64,000 bases of DNA, taken from NCBI GenBank assembly GCA_963668645.2, contig CAXXWC010000003.1, positions 96,001 through 160,000 on the forward strand, in the 5' to 3' direction. Under the pieces are notes generated by a model. That model was not told the origin of the DNA. It searched no databases and saw only the letters and a list, made by a program, of their open reading frames with translations. The first letter of the stretch is position 1, and every line of letters begins with the position of its first letter. This DNA is from Desulfobacterales bacterium. GTDB taxonomy: Bacteria; Desulfobacterota; Desulfobacteria; Desulfobacterales; UBA2174. This document shows positions 48,223 through 58,170 of this stretch, piece after piece. Position numbers and translations under genes: made by a program.

Positions 48223-49042
48223 GCGCGCCTGGCGCGCCCGGATCGATCCGATCGAGGCTCCGGAACCGGTGGCATCGGCAGCCGGCAGGCCTGCGGCGGG
48301 CGATCCGCGCCGCATCGCCCGGCACCGCATCGCCCATGGCGATCGGTTGCGCGACACGGGCCGTACCCGGCCCATCCCGGCCCACATCACCCCGCTGGCC
48401 GAAGATCCGGGGGACGAATTTACCGCCGCGGCCACGCGCAACTTCAACAAGGCCTTCGATCTCGAAGCGGCCCGCTGCCGCAGGCTGCAATGGGCCCTGG
48501 CAACGGTGGTGGCCAAGATCGCCGAAGACCTCGGCGGCTGGCCGGTGCCCGGCGATGCGCAGTGGGATGTAGGGGCCCTGATGGCCCGCCGCCTCGACCG
48601 CCGGCCCCTGCTCCACTGCCGCCGGAGCATGGAAAAGACCGCCTTGGTGATGGCCCTGGACAGTTCGGGCTCCTGTCTGGCCCAGGCCCGCTTCTACGCC
48701 CGGATGGCCGCCGCATCCGCAGCACTGGGCGACATCGAACTCTTCGATGCCCCCAACGCCGGCCTGCGCGCCCGCTACCAGCGCTCGGGCTGGCAGACGG
48801 TCCCCGATCCACGCTGGGACTTCAAGCGCCGCACCATCGTCTTTTGCGGCGACTTCGACGGCGGCGACCAGGTGGTCAAGGCCAGCCGCACCAATACGGT
48901 CTACTGGTTCTGCAGCGAAAGCCGCTACCCCAGCATGCACCTGCATCCCTGGTGCACCCTGACTCTGGCCGATTTCAAGGGGCGGTTTTTCGTCTGCCGC
49001 AACGAAAACGACTTTCTGCATCTGATGCGCACGGTCCGCTGA
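48203..49042 (+). CDS. VWA (MIDAS) domain protein, partner of the AAA+ ATPase
   Basis: MALDSSGSC MIDAS motif and IVFCGDFD. Overlaps the AAA gene end; GAGG RBS. Confidence 0.7.
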   Translation: MGLPRLERAWRARIDPIEAPEPVASAAGRPAAGDPRRIARHRIAHGDRLRDTGRTRPIPAHITPLAEDPGDEFTAAATRNFNKAFDLEAARCRRLQWALATVVAKIAEDLGGWPVPGDAQWDVGALMARRLDRRPLLHCRRSMEKTALVMALDSSGSCLAQARFYARMAAASAALGDIELFDAPNAGLRARYQRSGWQTVPDPRWDFKRRTIVFCGDFDGGDQVVKASRTNTVYWFCSESRYPSMHLHPWCTLTLADFKGRFFVCRNENDFLHLMRTVR

Positions 49043-49080
49043 TCCGAGCTCGTGCGACTTGCTTCATGCATCCAGTCGTT

Positions 49081-51993
49081 TCAAACATCGAGCAGCGGCT
49101 TTCCCTGGCCCTCCCCGCCTTTGACAGACCCGTCCAGCACCTGCCTGACCTTTCTTGCCAGTCCCACGGGCGTAAAGGGTTTTTCTAGAAACACCAGACC
49201 CTTGTCCAGGACACCGTGGTGAACGATGGTGTTGTCCGTATAGCCCGACATGAAAATGACCTTGACCTCTGGCCGCAGCAGCTTGATCCGGTCCGCCAGA
49301 ACCTTGCCGCCCATGCCGGGCATGACCACGTCGGTGATCAGTAGATGGATCGCCCCCTCATGTTCCTGGCAAATGCGCAGGGCCGCCGGGCCGTCCGCAG
49401 CGCCCAGGACCTGGTAGCCGTACATCGTCAAGCCCTTGATGGCCAGGTTCCGAACCATATCTTCGTCTTCCACCAGCAGAACGGTTTCATCGCCATCCAA
49501 GGTCTCCTTTACAGGTTTGGAGCGCTCTTCCTTACTATCGACCGTCCCGATGATTCGGGGCAGATAAATCTTGAAGGCGGTCCCCTTGCCCGGTTCGCTG
49601 TAAACCCAGATCAGGCCGTTGCTCTGCTTGACAATCCCATAAACGGTGGACAACCCCAGTCCGGTCCCTTTACCCTTTTCCTTGGTGGTGAAAAAAGGAT
49701 CGAAGATCTGATCCCGCACTTCCGCTGTCATGCCGATCCCCGTGTCGTTGACCGCCATCATGACATACGGACCCGGCGTCGATCCGACATGCATGCCCGC
49801 ATAGACTTCATCCAGATCCACGTTGAGCGTCTCGATGGTCAACATCCCGCCCCGGGGCATGGCGTCACGGGCATTGACGGCAAGGTTCATGATCACCTGC
49901 TCGATCTGCCCGACGTCGGCTTCCACCGGCCCCAGGTCCGGATCCAGGATCGCCTTCAGCTCGATATCCTCACCGATGATACGCCGGATCATTTTGTCAA
50001 TTTCCCCGATGACATGGTTCAGATAGATCACCTCCGGTTGAAGCACCTGTTTGCGGCTGAAAGCCAGCATCTGGCGAATCAGGCTGGCGGCCCGCTCTCC
50101 GGCCCCCATGACCTCCTGAATCATCTCGCGAAGCCCGTCATTGATGTCCATTTCGGCAAGAGCCAATTCCGCATTTCCGAGCATCGTCGTCAACAGGTTG
50201 TTGAAGTCATGGGCGATGCCACCGGTCAGCCGGCCTATCGCCTCAAGCTTCTGGGCTTGCAGCAATTGGTTCTGTAATTGCTGGCATTCTTCCGCCGCCA
50301 TCTTGCGGCGGGTCACATCTCTGAAGGCGCCGAGCAGATAGCGGCGCCCTTCCAGCTCCAGCGGGGCCGCGTTTATGTCGGCGGGAAAGACGCTCCCGTC
50401 CTTTCGCGCTACCGGGATATCCTCGGCCAGAGTGAACTGGCCACTTAACTGTTTTTCAAATTGGGATCTGACCTGGTCCAAAAGCTCGGGCGGATGGATG
50501 TCGGCAACGCCGATGGTGGTGATCTCCTCGTCACGATAGCCGAGCATTTTACAGATCATGCTGTTGGCCATCACAAAACGGCCCGATTCGGCCTCCGCCA
50601 GCAACAACCCGTCGCTGGTCGTCTGAAAAATGGTCTGAAGAAAGCGTTCGGATCGCTGGCGCGCGGCCTCGACTTCCATCGTATGCAAAGCAAAGCCGAG
50701 GTCCACGGCGGTCTCGCTCAGCAGGAAGGCCTCTTCAGGATCTGCGGCAAAAGCCTTGGATACCGAGACGCCCAGATAGCCAAAGACAAGGTCGTCATAT
50801 TGCAGCGGAACATTCATGGCGGCATTGCCGGTATAAACCTGCGCCAGGGGACAGCCCCGGCAGTCGTTCCTCGGGCTGTCAACCACGGCCAGGCCGCCGG
50901 CATTCCAACTGAGCCGGCAGCACAGGGGCATCTTGCCGGTCCGCAAAGGCTCAAGCAGCGCTTCGAAGAGACGCTTTTCGAAGCCTGCGCAAGCGCCCTG
51001 CATCTCGCCGGTGGAGCCGGCGTTCAAAACGATCCAGGCCCCCGAAAAGCCGCGTGAGGCGACCAGACTGTCGCAGGCCCCCTGGATGAGGGCCGAGGGC
51101 CGCTTTTCGTGAACGATGAGCTGATTGATATCCCGGATGGAGCGCAACACCGCGTTGAGGTGCCGTTCCCGGGTCCGGATCCGCTCGCGCTCGATCAATA
51201 CGCCCAACTGCCGGGCAATGTCGTCCAGCAGCGATCGTTCCTCTTCGCTGAATGGACCCTCATGCGGCCCTGACCGCTCTTCGAGGTAGCCGACCTCCAC
51301 CAGACCGGCACGGTCACTGTGCAGCACGATATCGGCACGCTGTTTCCACGGGGTGTCCTGGAAATTGGCGGTTGAAAATTCATCCGCGCCAACGATGATG
51401 CGTGCCCAGGCGATCTCGGGATAACGCCAGCCTTGTGGTATGAGTGCCACGGCCTGCTCCAGAGCCTTTTGGATGGAGCGACATGGGGCCGCTACGAGGT
51501 TGGAAATGGCGTACAGGCATCGGATCTCATTGACCCGCGCGCTCAGCTCGGCGGTGCGCTCCCTTACAAGGTCATCCAAGCGGTCGCGATGGCGTTGCAG
51601 CTCCTGGCGATATCCGTCGAGTTCAAGAAACAGATTGACTTTGCATAGGAGCACCTCGGCGGTGTAAGGCTTGACAATGTAGTCGATACCACCAGCGGCG
51701 TAGCCGTCGAACATATGCCGTTCGTCGGCACAGAAAGCCGTAACGAAGATGATCGGTATGGTCCGGGTTTTTTGATCCCGGCGCAGGTGTTCGGCCAGTT
51801 CGTATCCGTTCATCTCCGGCATCATCACGTCCAGGATCGCCACCGCAAAATCGTGATCCAGCGTAGCGGCCAGAGCCTGGTTACCCGAAGTGGCCTCGAT
51901 GAGGTCGGCGTCCAGGCGAGAAAGGACCCGCCTCAGGGCAACCAGATTTTCCCTGCGGTCATCGACGATCAGAATCTTCTGGCGTTGCTCCAT
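49081..51993 (-). CDS. Hybrid sensor histidine kinase (REC-GAF-like-PAS-HisKA-HATPase-REC)
   Basis: KILIVDD...LDVMMP..GYE N-terminal REC, GGIAHDFNNLL H-box, NLAVNARDAM, DPFFTTK..GKGTGLGL, and C-terminal REC (LLVEDE, TDVVMP, KPF). Confidence 0.94.
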   Translation of the reverse strand: MEQRQKILIVDDRRENLVALRRVLSRLDADLIEATSGNQALAATLDHDFAVAILDVMMPEMNGYELAEHLRRDQKTRTIPIIFVTAFCADERHMFDGYAAGGIDYIVKPYTAEVLLCKVNLFLELDGYRQELQRHRDRLDDLVRERTAELSARVNEIRCLYAISNLVAAPCRSIQKALEQAVALIPQGWRYPEIAWARIIVGADEFSTANFQDTPWKQRADIVLHSDRAGLVEVGYLEERSGPHEGPFSEEERSLLDDIARQLGVLIERERIRTRERHLNAVLRSIRDINQLIVHEKRPSALIQGACDSLVASRGFSGAWIVLNAGSTGEMQGACAGFEKRLFEALLEPLRTGKMPLCCRLSWNAGGLAVVDSPRNDCRGCPLAQVYTGNAAMNVPLQYDDLVFGYLGVSVSKAFAADPEEAFLLSETAVDLGFALHTMEVEAARQRSERFLQTIFQTTSDGLLLAEAESGRFVMANSMICKMLGYRDEEITTIGVADIHPPELLDQVRSQFEKQLSGQFTLAEDIPVARKDGSVFPADINAAPLELEGRRYLLGAFRDVTRRKMAAEECQQLQNQLLQAQKLEAIGRLTGGIAHDFNNLLTTMLGNAELALAEMDINDGLREMIQEVMGAGERAASLIRQMLAFSRKQVLQPEVIYLNHVIGEIDKMIRRIIGEDIELKAILDPDLGPVEADVGQIEQVIMNLAVNARDAMPRGGMLTIETLNVDLDEVYAGMHVGSTPGPYVMMAVNDTGIGMTAEVRDQIFDPFFTTKEKGKGTGLGLSTVYGIVKQSNGLIWVYSEPGKGTAFKIYLPRIIGTVDSKEERSKPVKETLDGDETVLLVEDEDMVRNLAIKGLTMYGYQVLGAADGPAALRICQEHEGAIHLLITDVVMPGMGGKVLADRIKLLRPEVKVIFMSGYTDNTIVHHGVLDKGLVFLEKPFTPVGLARKVRQVLDGSVKGGEGQGKPLLDV

Positions 51994-52005
51994 TTACGCA
52001 CCCTT

Positions 52006-52180
52006 TCAGATCGGCTCCCATAAGGCTGGGGTTCTCCCGCAGCCGTCCGGCAGCCAACGCGTGCAGCGGGGATGGAATATTTCTGCTTTCTCAATGGCCA
52101 TTATCGATAAAGCCATAGGCGTATCATGGACGTCAGCCGATGGAGCCCACCGGTTTCGGCGGATAATCGTTCGCTCCGGC
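52006..52180 (-). pseudogene. Scar: frameshifted C-terminal end of a receiver domain plus a short coupled remnant ORF
   Basis: Minus strand encodes AGANDYPPKPV, then after a 1-nt shift HRLTSMIRLWLYR*. A TAATG overlap follows into MAIEKAEI...WEPI*. Confidence 0.65.
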
Positions 52181-52349
52181 AGAGCGATCAGGATTTTGAT
52201 CAGAGATCTAAAAATTGCTGTGGTTTTATTTGAATTAAGCCATGTTATGAACATATATCCAGATCAATCGGAAGCGCAAGCGGGAAAAGCCTCTCGGCCT
52301 TGGCGGCAAACGAGTCGTTCTCCGGCCCGGCGCACAGGGCCAGCCAGCC

Positions 52350-54959
52350 TTACATCTTCACCGGCGTGCAATCCGGCTCCAGGGCGTAGTTGCCCGCCAG
52401 AAAGCAGGCGGCCATGCTCTCGACCAGGTCCTCGTTATGCATCAACATGTCCATCTGGCGGGTATAGATCAGCAGCCGGCCGAGTTGATCGAGCTTTTCC
52501 AGCAGCACGGAAGTCTCCTGCTTGGCCAGGCGCGCCGCGACCCGGTCGCCGGTGGTGTCAACGAGAAAATCCATGGCCGTCAGCACCCGCTCGATGACTC
52601 GCACGCGCCGGTTGCGCCGGGTATCGTCCGCAGCGCCGCCCTTGAACTCGAAGTTGATATAGTTCTTGGCCGTGGTCTCACCGCAGTAACTGTCCAGAAT
52701 GCTGTAATGGTATCCGACCCGGGAGCTGAAGTTCATGTAGACATCGCTGATGATGGCGTAGCTGCGATCGCCGAAGCGCCCCCCTTCAAGCTGGGGGCTG
52801 TCGAGCATCTGGCGGCTCATCACGCTTAAAAATCCCCCCAGATTCACCGGCCGCGGCTCCCGGCCGCGCAGCCCCTCATGGAGCATCCCCTTGAGCAGGG
52901 CTCCGAAAGGCGCCGAAACCACCGCTTCGGCCCGCACCGCAGCCACGGCCGTGGCATCCACGTTCAGCCCGCCGCCCAGATCGATGAGAAACAGGTCGAT
53001 GGGAATCGCAGCGGCCAGGCGCACCGAGAGCTGGCCGCGCTCGGTGACCAGGTCCCCGAGCTGGAAGATCTCACCGTAGGACTTTTCATGGATGAACCGG
53101 ATGATATCATGGATCGTGCGGCAATTTTCAGACTTGAAGCGGCTCGATTTCGGATCCACAAGGTATAGCGGTACGATCAGGTCGGCACGCCGCCTCAGGG
53201 CCTGATATTCCGGCGTGCTGCGCAGCGGTGCGCCGCGGCCCGTGTCCACTTCATCGAGCAGGGACTCCACCCGGCCCTCGTAGATCCGCCCGCTGTAAGC
53301 ATCCACCGTCACCACCCCACCGGGGGCCAGGCAGCGCGTGACATCCTTGAGGTTCAAGATGGTCGGCACCATGTACTCGCGGGCCAGGGATGCCATGTGC
53401 CCGGCCAGGTTGCCGGCATCGGCCACGATGGCGCGGGCCCGGTCCATCACCATCACCAGTTGCGGCGAACTGTGAGCCGAAACCAGCACGGCCCCGTCTG
53501 GAAAAGCGAGCAAGTCCTTTTCTGTGCGCACGGTAAAGGCCGGTCCGGCCCCGACCCCGGGGCAAGCCACCTCGCCGCCCTCCATCAGCACCGGGTATCC
53601 GGCCACCGGCGGCCTGCGCCGCCGCAGCTCGCCGCCGGTGGCCTCGATCCGCAGCGGGCGGGTCTGAAGGATCACCAGATCCCCGTTTTCAGCCAAGGCC
53701 CATTCCACGTCCTGGGCCACCCCGAAATGCGCCTCCAGGCGCAATCCCCACCCGGCCAGAAGCCTGGCCTGGTCCTGACTCAGACAGGGACGGGCGCTCT
53801 GGTCCGGGTCCACCGGAATTTCGGCCACGTCCCCTCCATGGTGGGCGCAAAGCTGAACCGCCTTGGCCGTCACGGCCCAGTCTTCCAGCGGCAGGTCCGA
53901 AGTCTTGCCGAATACGTAGCTGTCCGGCGCCACCACCCCGTCCACGGCATAGGGGCCCAAGCCCCAAACCGCCTTTATGATGATGCGCTCTTGCAGTCCG
54001 TCCAACGGATCGCGGGTATACATCACTCCGCTGGCCCTGGCGCCGATCATCTCCTGGCAGGCCACGGCCATGGCCGCGGCCTGGAAGGGAAACCCCATAT
54101 GCAATCGGTAGGCGATGGCCCGAGCCGAAAAGAGACTGGCCACGATCTCCTTGTAAGCCTCTAAAATCCGTTCCTGCGGAACGTTGAGCCGGGTCAGGTA
54201 TTGGCCGGCAAAGGAAAGGGAGGAATCCTCGCCGATGGCCGAGGAGCGCACGGAAAAATGGATGCCCGTCCCGTTGCCGGCACCGCAGAGCCGATCCACC
54301 GCCGCTTGGATTTCACCCGCCAGGTCCCGAGGGATCTCGGCATCCATCAGCTGGCTCCGGATTTCTTCACCCACCTGAACAATGGTCTCGGTCTCGTAGA
54401 TATCGAGCTTCTGTTTGTGGCGATCCACCGCTTCGGCCAGGCGGTTGTGGTCGATAAAGCGGTCGAAGGCGGTGGTGGTGACGGCAAACCCGTTGGGGGT
54501 GTTCAATCCCAGACGATTGCGCACTTCGCAGATATTAGCGTTCTTCGGGCCTACCGAGGCAGCCATCTCCCGGGTAATCCCATCGTAGTCCAGGACCAGC
54601 TCTTCGACCCGCGCGACCCTGGATTCCCCTTGGTCGAGCTTGATGGCTTCCTGGATCCGTTCCAGGACGCGGTGCAATCCGGCTTGAGGCCGGTCGGCCA
54701 TCGCTTCGAAGCACTGGATCATGCGGCCGGCATGGAAGATGGCGCGCATCGAGGCCGCTTCGATATAGCCGGCGCCGAAAACCATCTGCCCGCGCAGTTT
54801 GGTCTCGATATCGGCGATGATCTTGAGCAGCTCGGCATTGGATTCCAGGAGGATTTTGAAGTTGGCATACTTGGCGCGAAACGCCGCCATGAGTCGCTCA
54901 CGCCGTTGCCCGGCCGAAGCCCGCGGCTTTTTAAACCACTTGCACACCGCCCACGCCAT
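52350..54959 (-). CDS. PEP synthase / pyruvate-water-dikinase-like protein (ATP-grasp + phospho-His swivel + non-canonical C-domain)
   Basis: VGPKNAN, PNGFAVT, VRSSAIGED, SFAGQY, ASGVMYT, QDVEWA, ILQTRP and AGHMASLARE motifs. Start uncertain. Confidence 0.85.
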   Translation of the reverse strand: MAWAVCKWFKKPRASAGQRRERLMAAFRAKYANFKILLESNAELLKIIADIETKLRGQMVFGAGYIEAASMRAIFHAGRMIQCFEAMADRPQAGLHRVLERIQEAIKLDQGESRVARVEELVLDYDGITREMAASVGPKNANICEVRNRLGLNTPNGFAVTTTAFDRFIDHNRLAEAVDRHKQKLDIYETETIVQVGEEIRSQLMDAEIPRDLAGEIQAAVDRLCGAGNGTGIHFSVRSSAIGEDSSLSFAGQYLTRLNVPQERILEAYKEIVASLFSARAIAYRLHMGFPFQAAAMAVACQEMIGARASGVMYTRDPLDGLQERIIIKAVWGLGPYAVDGVVAPDSYVFGKTSDLPLEDWAVTAKAVQLCAHHGGDVAEIPVDPDQSARPCLSQDQARLLAGWGLRLEAHFGVAQDVEWALAENGDLVILQTRPLRIEATGGELRRRRPPVAGYPVLMEGGEVACPGVGAGPAFTVRTEKDLLAFPDGAVLVSAHSSPQLVMVMDRARAIVADAGNLAGHMASLAREYMVPTILNLKDVTRCLAPGGVVTVDAYSGRIYEGRVESLLDEVDTGRGAPLRSTPEYQALRRRADLIVPLYLVDPKSSRFKSENCRTIHDIIRFIHEKSYGEIFQLGDLVTERGQLSVRLAAAIPIDLFLIDLGGGLNVDATAVAAVRAEAVVSAPFGALLKGMLHEGLRGREPRPVNLGGFLSVMSRQMLDSPQLEGGRFGDRSYAIISDVYMNFSSRVGYHYSILDSYCGETTAKNYINFEFKGGAADDTRRNRRVRVIERVLTAMDFLVDTTGDRVAARLAKQETSVLLEKLDQLGRLLIYTRQMDMLMHNEDLVESMAACFLAGNYALEPDCTPVKM

Positions 54960-55041
54960 GATCTGTTTTCCCGTAGTGGCCCGCTGTTGCGGGGTTAAGC
55001 CCAGGTCTAAAGGCGCCGTTGGCCGCGCCGGTGGCAAAACG

Positions 55042-57564
55042 TCAGCCCGACTGCCCCCCCGGCGCATCTTCGCGACCTCCGGGTGAGACAAGCACATACC
55101 GGGTCGCCGGTCCCCGACCCACGCGTTGGAGCATCCCTTTTTTCACCAAATCCGACAGATCGTAAACTGCCGTGCGCCGCGGCACGTTGCCGGCCAATCG
55201 CTGGTAGTCGGCCCGGGTGATTTGCCCGGCCTCCTGAATCATGGACCAGACCCGCGACTGGCGGGAATTCAGGCCGACGGCCGACAGATCCGAAGGTGGC
55301 CTGTATTCCCGGGGGCTGGGTGCTGCCACCAGCGGCAGATCTTGCAGGGCCGCGACTTCAGGCGCCTCCGGCACATCGCCTTCCAGGTAGACATCCCCGG
55401 CCTGGATTACGTTGGTTTCGGCCATCACGGCCGCTCGCAGCATGCAATGCTTCAACTCCCGCACGTTGCCCGGCCAATCGTAGCGGCGCAGCTTCTCCAG
55501 GGCCCCCCGGCTCAAAGTCAGCCCCTGGATGCCCCGCGCATGGGCCGTCTCCTGGAGAAAATGACGCGCCATCAAAGGGATGTCTTCCTTGTGGGAACGC
55601 AGCGGCGGCGTCTCGATGGTGATCACCTTCAAACGAAAATAGAGATCCTCACGAAATCGCTGGGCTTCGATAAGGGCCTTGAGATCGACATTCGAAGCCG
55701 CCACGATGCGCACATCCACCGCAAACTCCCGGTCGCTGCCCAAAGGCACGATGCGCCGGGCCGCCAGTACCCGCAGCAGGGCCTGCTGCACCCTGGGAGA
55801 GGCGGCTTGAATCTCGTCAAGGAAGAGTGTGCCGCCATCGGCCTCGAGAAACGCACCCTTGCGATCGGTGCGGGCCTCGGTAAAAGCGCCCCGGGTATGG
55901 CCGAAAAGGGTATCCAGCAGCAGGTTCTCATCCAGGGCGCCGCAGTTGATGGCCACGAAGGGCCGGTTGACACGCCGGCTCAAGCGGTGGATCGCCTCGG
56001 CGGTCAGCTCCTTGCCCGTTCCCGTTTCGCCCAGAACAAGAACGTCCACCTCGACTTCGGCAGCCTTGAGGATTTCCCGCTTGAGCCGTTCGAACAGCGC
56101 GCCGCTGCCCAGCAGATGGGATAACGGATCGTTTTCAGCCGTGGCGCCCATGATGCTGGCTTCCAGCTCCCAGGCCACCTCCTTCATCGTGGCATGGGCG
56201 ATGGCCTGGTCCTTGACGCGGATCTCCTCCATCTGGGTCTTCAAGGTGCCGATCATCCGATTGATGGCGCTCTGGAGCGCTTCGACTTCCAGCCCCCTTA
56301 CCGGCACTGCGATCGGCACCATCCTTCCGGACTCCTGGATCGATTGCACTTCCTGTGCCAAACGCAGCATCGGGCCGGTCACCGTCCGGCCGAGAACAAA
56401 AATCAAAAGGGCCACCAGAAAGGCGGAACTTACCGTAATCAAAAAGATGATATCGACCTGTTTGTAGCCGGCCAACAGGGTCAGACGGCTCACATCCACG
56501 TAGGCCAAACCGGCGTAAACCACCGGTGGATTTTCAGCCCGGGTGTAAAAGCGGATCGGGGTGTAGGCCAGATAGTGTTCCTTTTGTCCCCGCGGTAAAT
56601 CCCCGGGTTCTTCGGGCCGCTTCAATCCGAACTGCCCGTCGCGCACTTCACGAATCATCTTCCAAAAATAGCCGTAGCGGGCCGCGGGTCTGAAGGCTTC
56701 GGGCAAGCCCGGCCGCCCCAGCGTGCCCTCGATGCCGGTGCGGGCCTGGTAGGTGGACAGCTCCACTTCGGGTCTGGCCGGATCTTCGCTTTGAAATAGA
56801 ATCCATCCGTCCAGATCGAACAGGTAGCTGTAGCGCACTTCCGGGGTGCGAGGATAGGACCAGATGGGTGACTGGGGGCTGTTGTAGAGCGAAAGCAGGT
56901 TGCGAACACGGCTCAAATCCACCGCCAACAGCACGTAACCGGAAAAAGCGCCGTCCGGGGACCAGAGCCGGGTCGCCAAGACGATGATGTGCGTCAGGAT
57001 CTTGCGATTGGGATTGTCCGGGGTCGGAAAGACATACTGGGCCTCGTTGACCGGCGATATCCACACCTCGCCCGGATCCAATTGCTTGAAACGGTCCAGC
57101 AGGAGGAATGGATCCGGCCGCATTTGCGCGATTCCCTCTGGCACAACCTGCACGATCTCGCCTTTTTCCGCCACCCAAAAACGATGCCCTCCCCCGGATT
57201 GCGCAATATAGCCGATAGCGCGGTATTCGCCCCCATCGGTTCGCGCCATCCGGCTGAGTATCTCTCCGAAGCGGGGAAGATCTTCAGGATTACGGGCAAA
57301 ATAGAGCAAATCATGGCGATATCGGGCCAACGTCAATTCCACATCCCGAGCCATGGCGCGCGTCTGAAGTTTGACGGAGCGTTCGAGGGCCGTACCGATA
57401 AACTGGTAGGAGACCATGTGGGTCAGATACCCGGTGATCATGATGATCACCATCACCGGCGGGATCACCCATAGGACCAGCCTGGAAGTCAAGCTATTGG
57501 TTTTAAACCCACTTTTTACCGGCATAAAATTCACAAGACGTCGGTAGGACTCTAGAATCGACAT
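55042..57564 (-). CDS. Membrane-anchored sigma-54 activator (TM-periplasmic sensor-TM-HAMP-AAA-wHTH)
   Basis: Two TM helices flank a ~320-aa extracytoplasmic domain. Also a HAMP-like region, GETGTGKE, GAFTEA, FLDEI, WPGNVREL, and a C-terminal ITRADYQ...RTAVYDLSDLV..G.L...GRGPATRY. Confidence 0.9.
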   Translation of the reverse strand: MSILESYRRLVNFMPVKSGFKTNSLTSRLVLWVIPPVMVIIMITGYLTHMVSYQFIGTALERSVKLQTRAMARDVELTLARYRHDLLYFARNPEDLPRFGEILSRMARTDGGEYRAIGYIAQSGGGHRFWVAEKGEIVQVVPEGIAQMRPDPFLLLDRFKQLDPGEVWISPVNEAQYVFPTPDNPNRKILTHIIVLATRLWSPDGAFSGYVLLAVDLSRVRNLLSLYNSPQSPIWSYPRTPEVRYSYLFDLDGWILFQSEDPARPEVELSTYQARTGIEGTLGRPGLPEAFRPAARYGYFWKMIREVRDGQFGLKRPEEPGDLPRGQKEHYLAYTPIRFYTRAENPPVVYAGLAYVDVSRLTLLAGYKQVDIIFLITVSSAFLVALLIFVLGRTVTGPMLRLAQEVQSIQESGRMVPIAVPVRGLEVEALQSAINRMIGTLKTQMEEIRVKDQAIAHATMKEVAWELEASIMGATAENDPLSHLLGSGALFERLKREILKAAEVEVDVLVLGETGTGKELTAEAIHRLSRRVNRPFVAINCGALDENLLLDTLFGHTRGAFTEARTDRKGAFLEADGGTLFLDEIQAASPRVQQALLRVLAARRIVPLGSDREFAVDVRIVAASNVDLKALIEAQRFREDLYFRLKVITIETPPLRSHKEDIPLMARHFLQETAHARGIQGLTLSRGALEKLRRYDWPGNVRELKHCMLRAAVMAETNVIQAGDVYLEGDVPEAPEVAALQDLPLVAAPSPREYRPPSDLSAVGLNSRQSRVWSMIQEAGQITRADYQRLAGNVPRRTAVYDLSDLVKKGMLQRVGRGPATRYVLVSPGGREDAPGGQSG

Positions 57565-57665
57565 GCCGTGCCTCCGGTTTAACCGGTTGGGAAGTCAGAT
57601 CCACACGCTTTTCATTCTCACATCACGGGCCGGATTGGCAAGCCTTAATCGCGCAAATTCAGGCA

Positions 57666-57681
57666 TGGCATCTTTCTTGCT
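57666..57681 (+). promoter_or_regulatory. Sigma-54 promoter of the DVU0150/TSUP operon
   Basis: TGGCATCTTTCTTGCT, canonical GG-N10-GC, ~125 nt before ATG 57806. Confidence 0.85.
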
Positions 57682-57805
57682 GTAACAACAGCCAACAGCA
57701 TACGTGACGGTTGCGGCGAGATACAAGGTGCCTGCTTGCGGCAATCGCGCTACCGAAAGATGGTTGGCAAAAGACATCGTTAAAACAAAAGGAGAGAGGG
57801 GACCG

Positions 57806-58108
57806 ATGAAAAAGCCGAGCAAAAAACTGATGACCGGCCTTATCCTGATGTTGCTCCTGGCCCCTGGCCTGGCCTGGGCAGGAGGTGGCGGCGGTGCAAC
57901 CGAACTGGTGGTGGTGGCCGACACCCGGGTGATCACCAACGACGCGTTGCGCTACTTTGCGGATCTTTACAATACGAATGTGACCCTCTTTGCGGGCTGG
58001 GCAGTGGTCTTGACCGCGGCTTACGGAGCCTTTCTCGGTTTTCTGATGGACGCGATCATGAAACGTACCGGCATCGATTTGAGCAAGCGCACCATCGTGG
58101 AACATTGA
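57806..58108 (+). CDS. DVU0150-family small membrane protein
   Basis: Signal peptide, then GGGG..ELVVVADTR...DLYN...TM...LGFLMD...GIDLSKR..VEH. Family recognised from memory. Confidence 0.78.
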   Translation: MKKPSKKLMTGLILMLLLAPGLAWAGGGGGATELVVVADTRVITNDALRYFADLYNTNVTLFAGWAVVLTAAYGAFLGFLMDAIMKRTGIDLSKRTIVEH

Positions 58109-58170
58109 CGCGCAAACCGGAAGTCTTCCGGCCGCGCTGGCGCGGCCTCTAATCGACAAGGAGAAGATAT

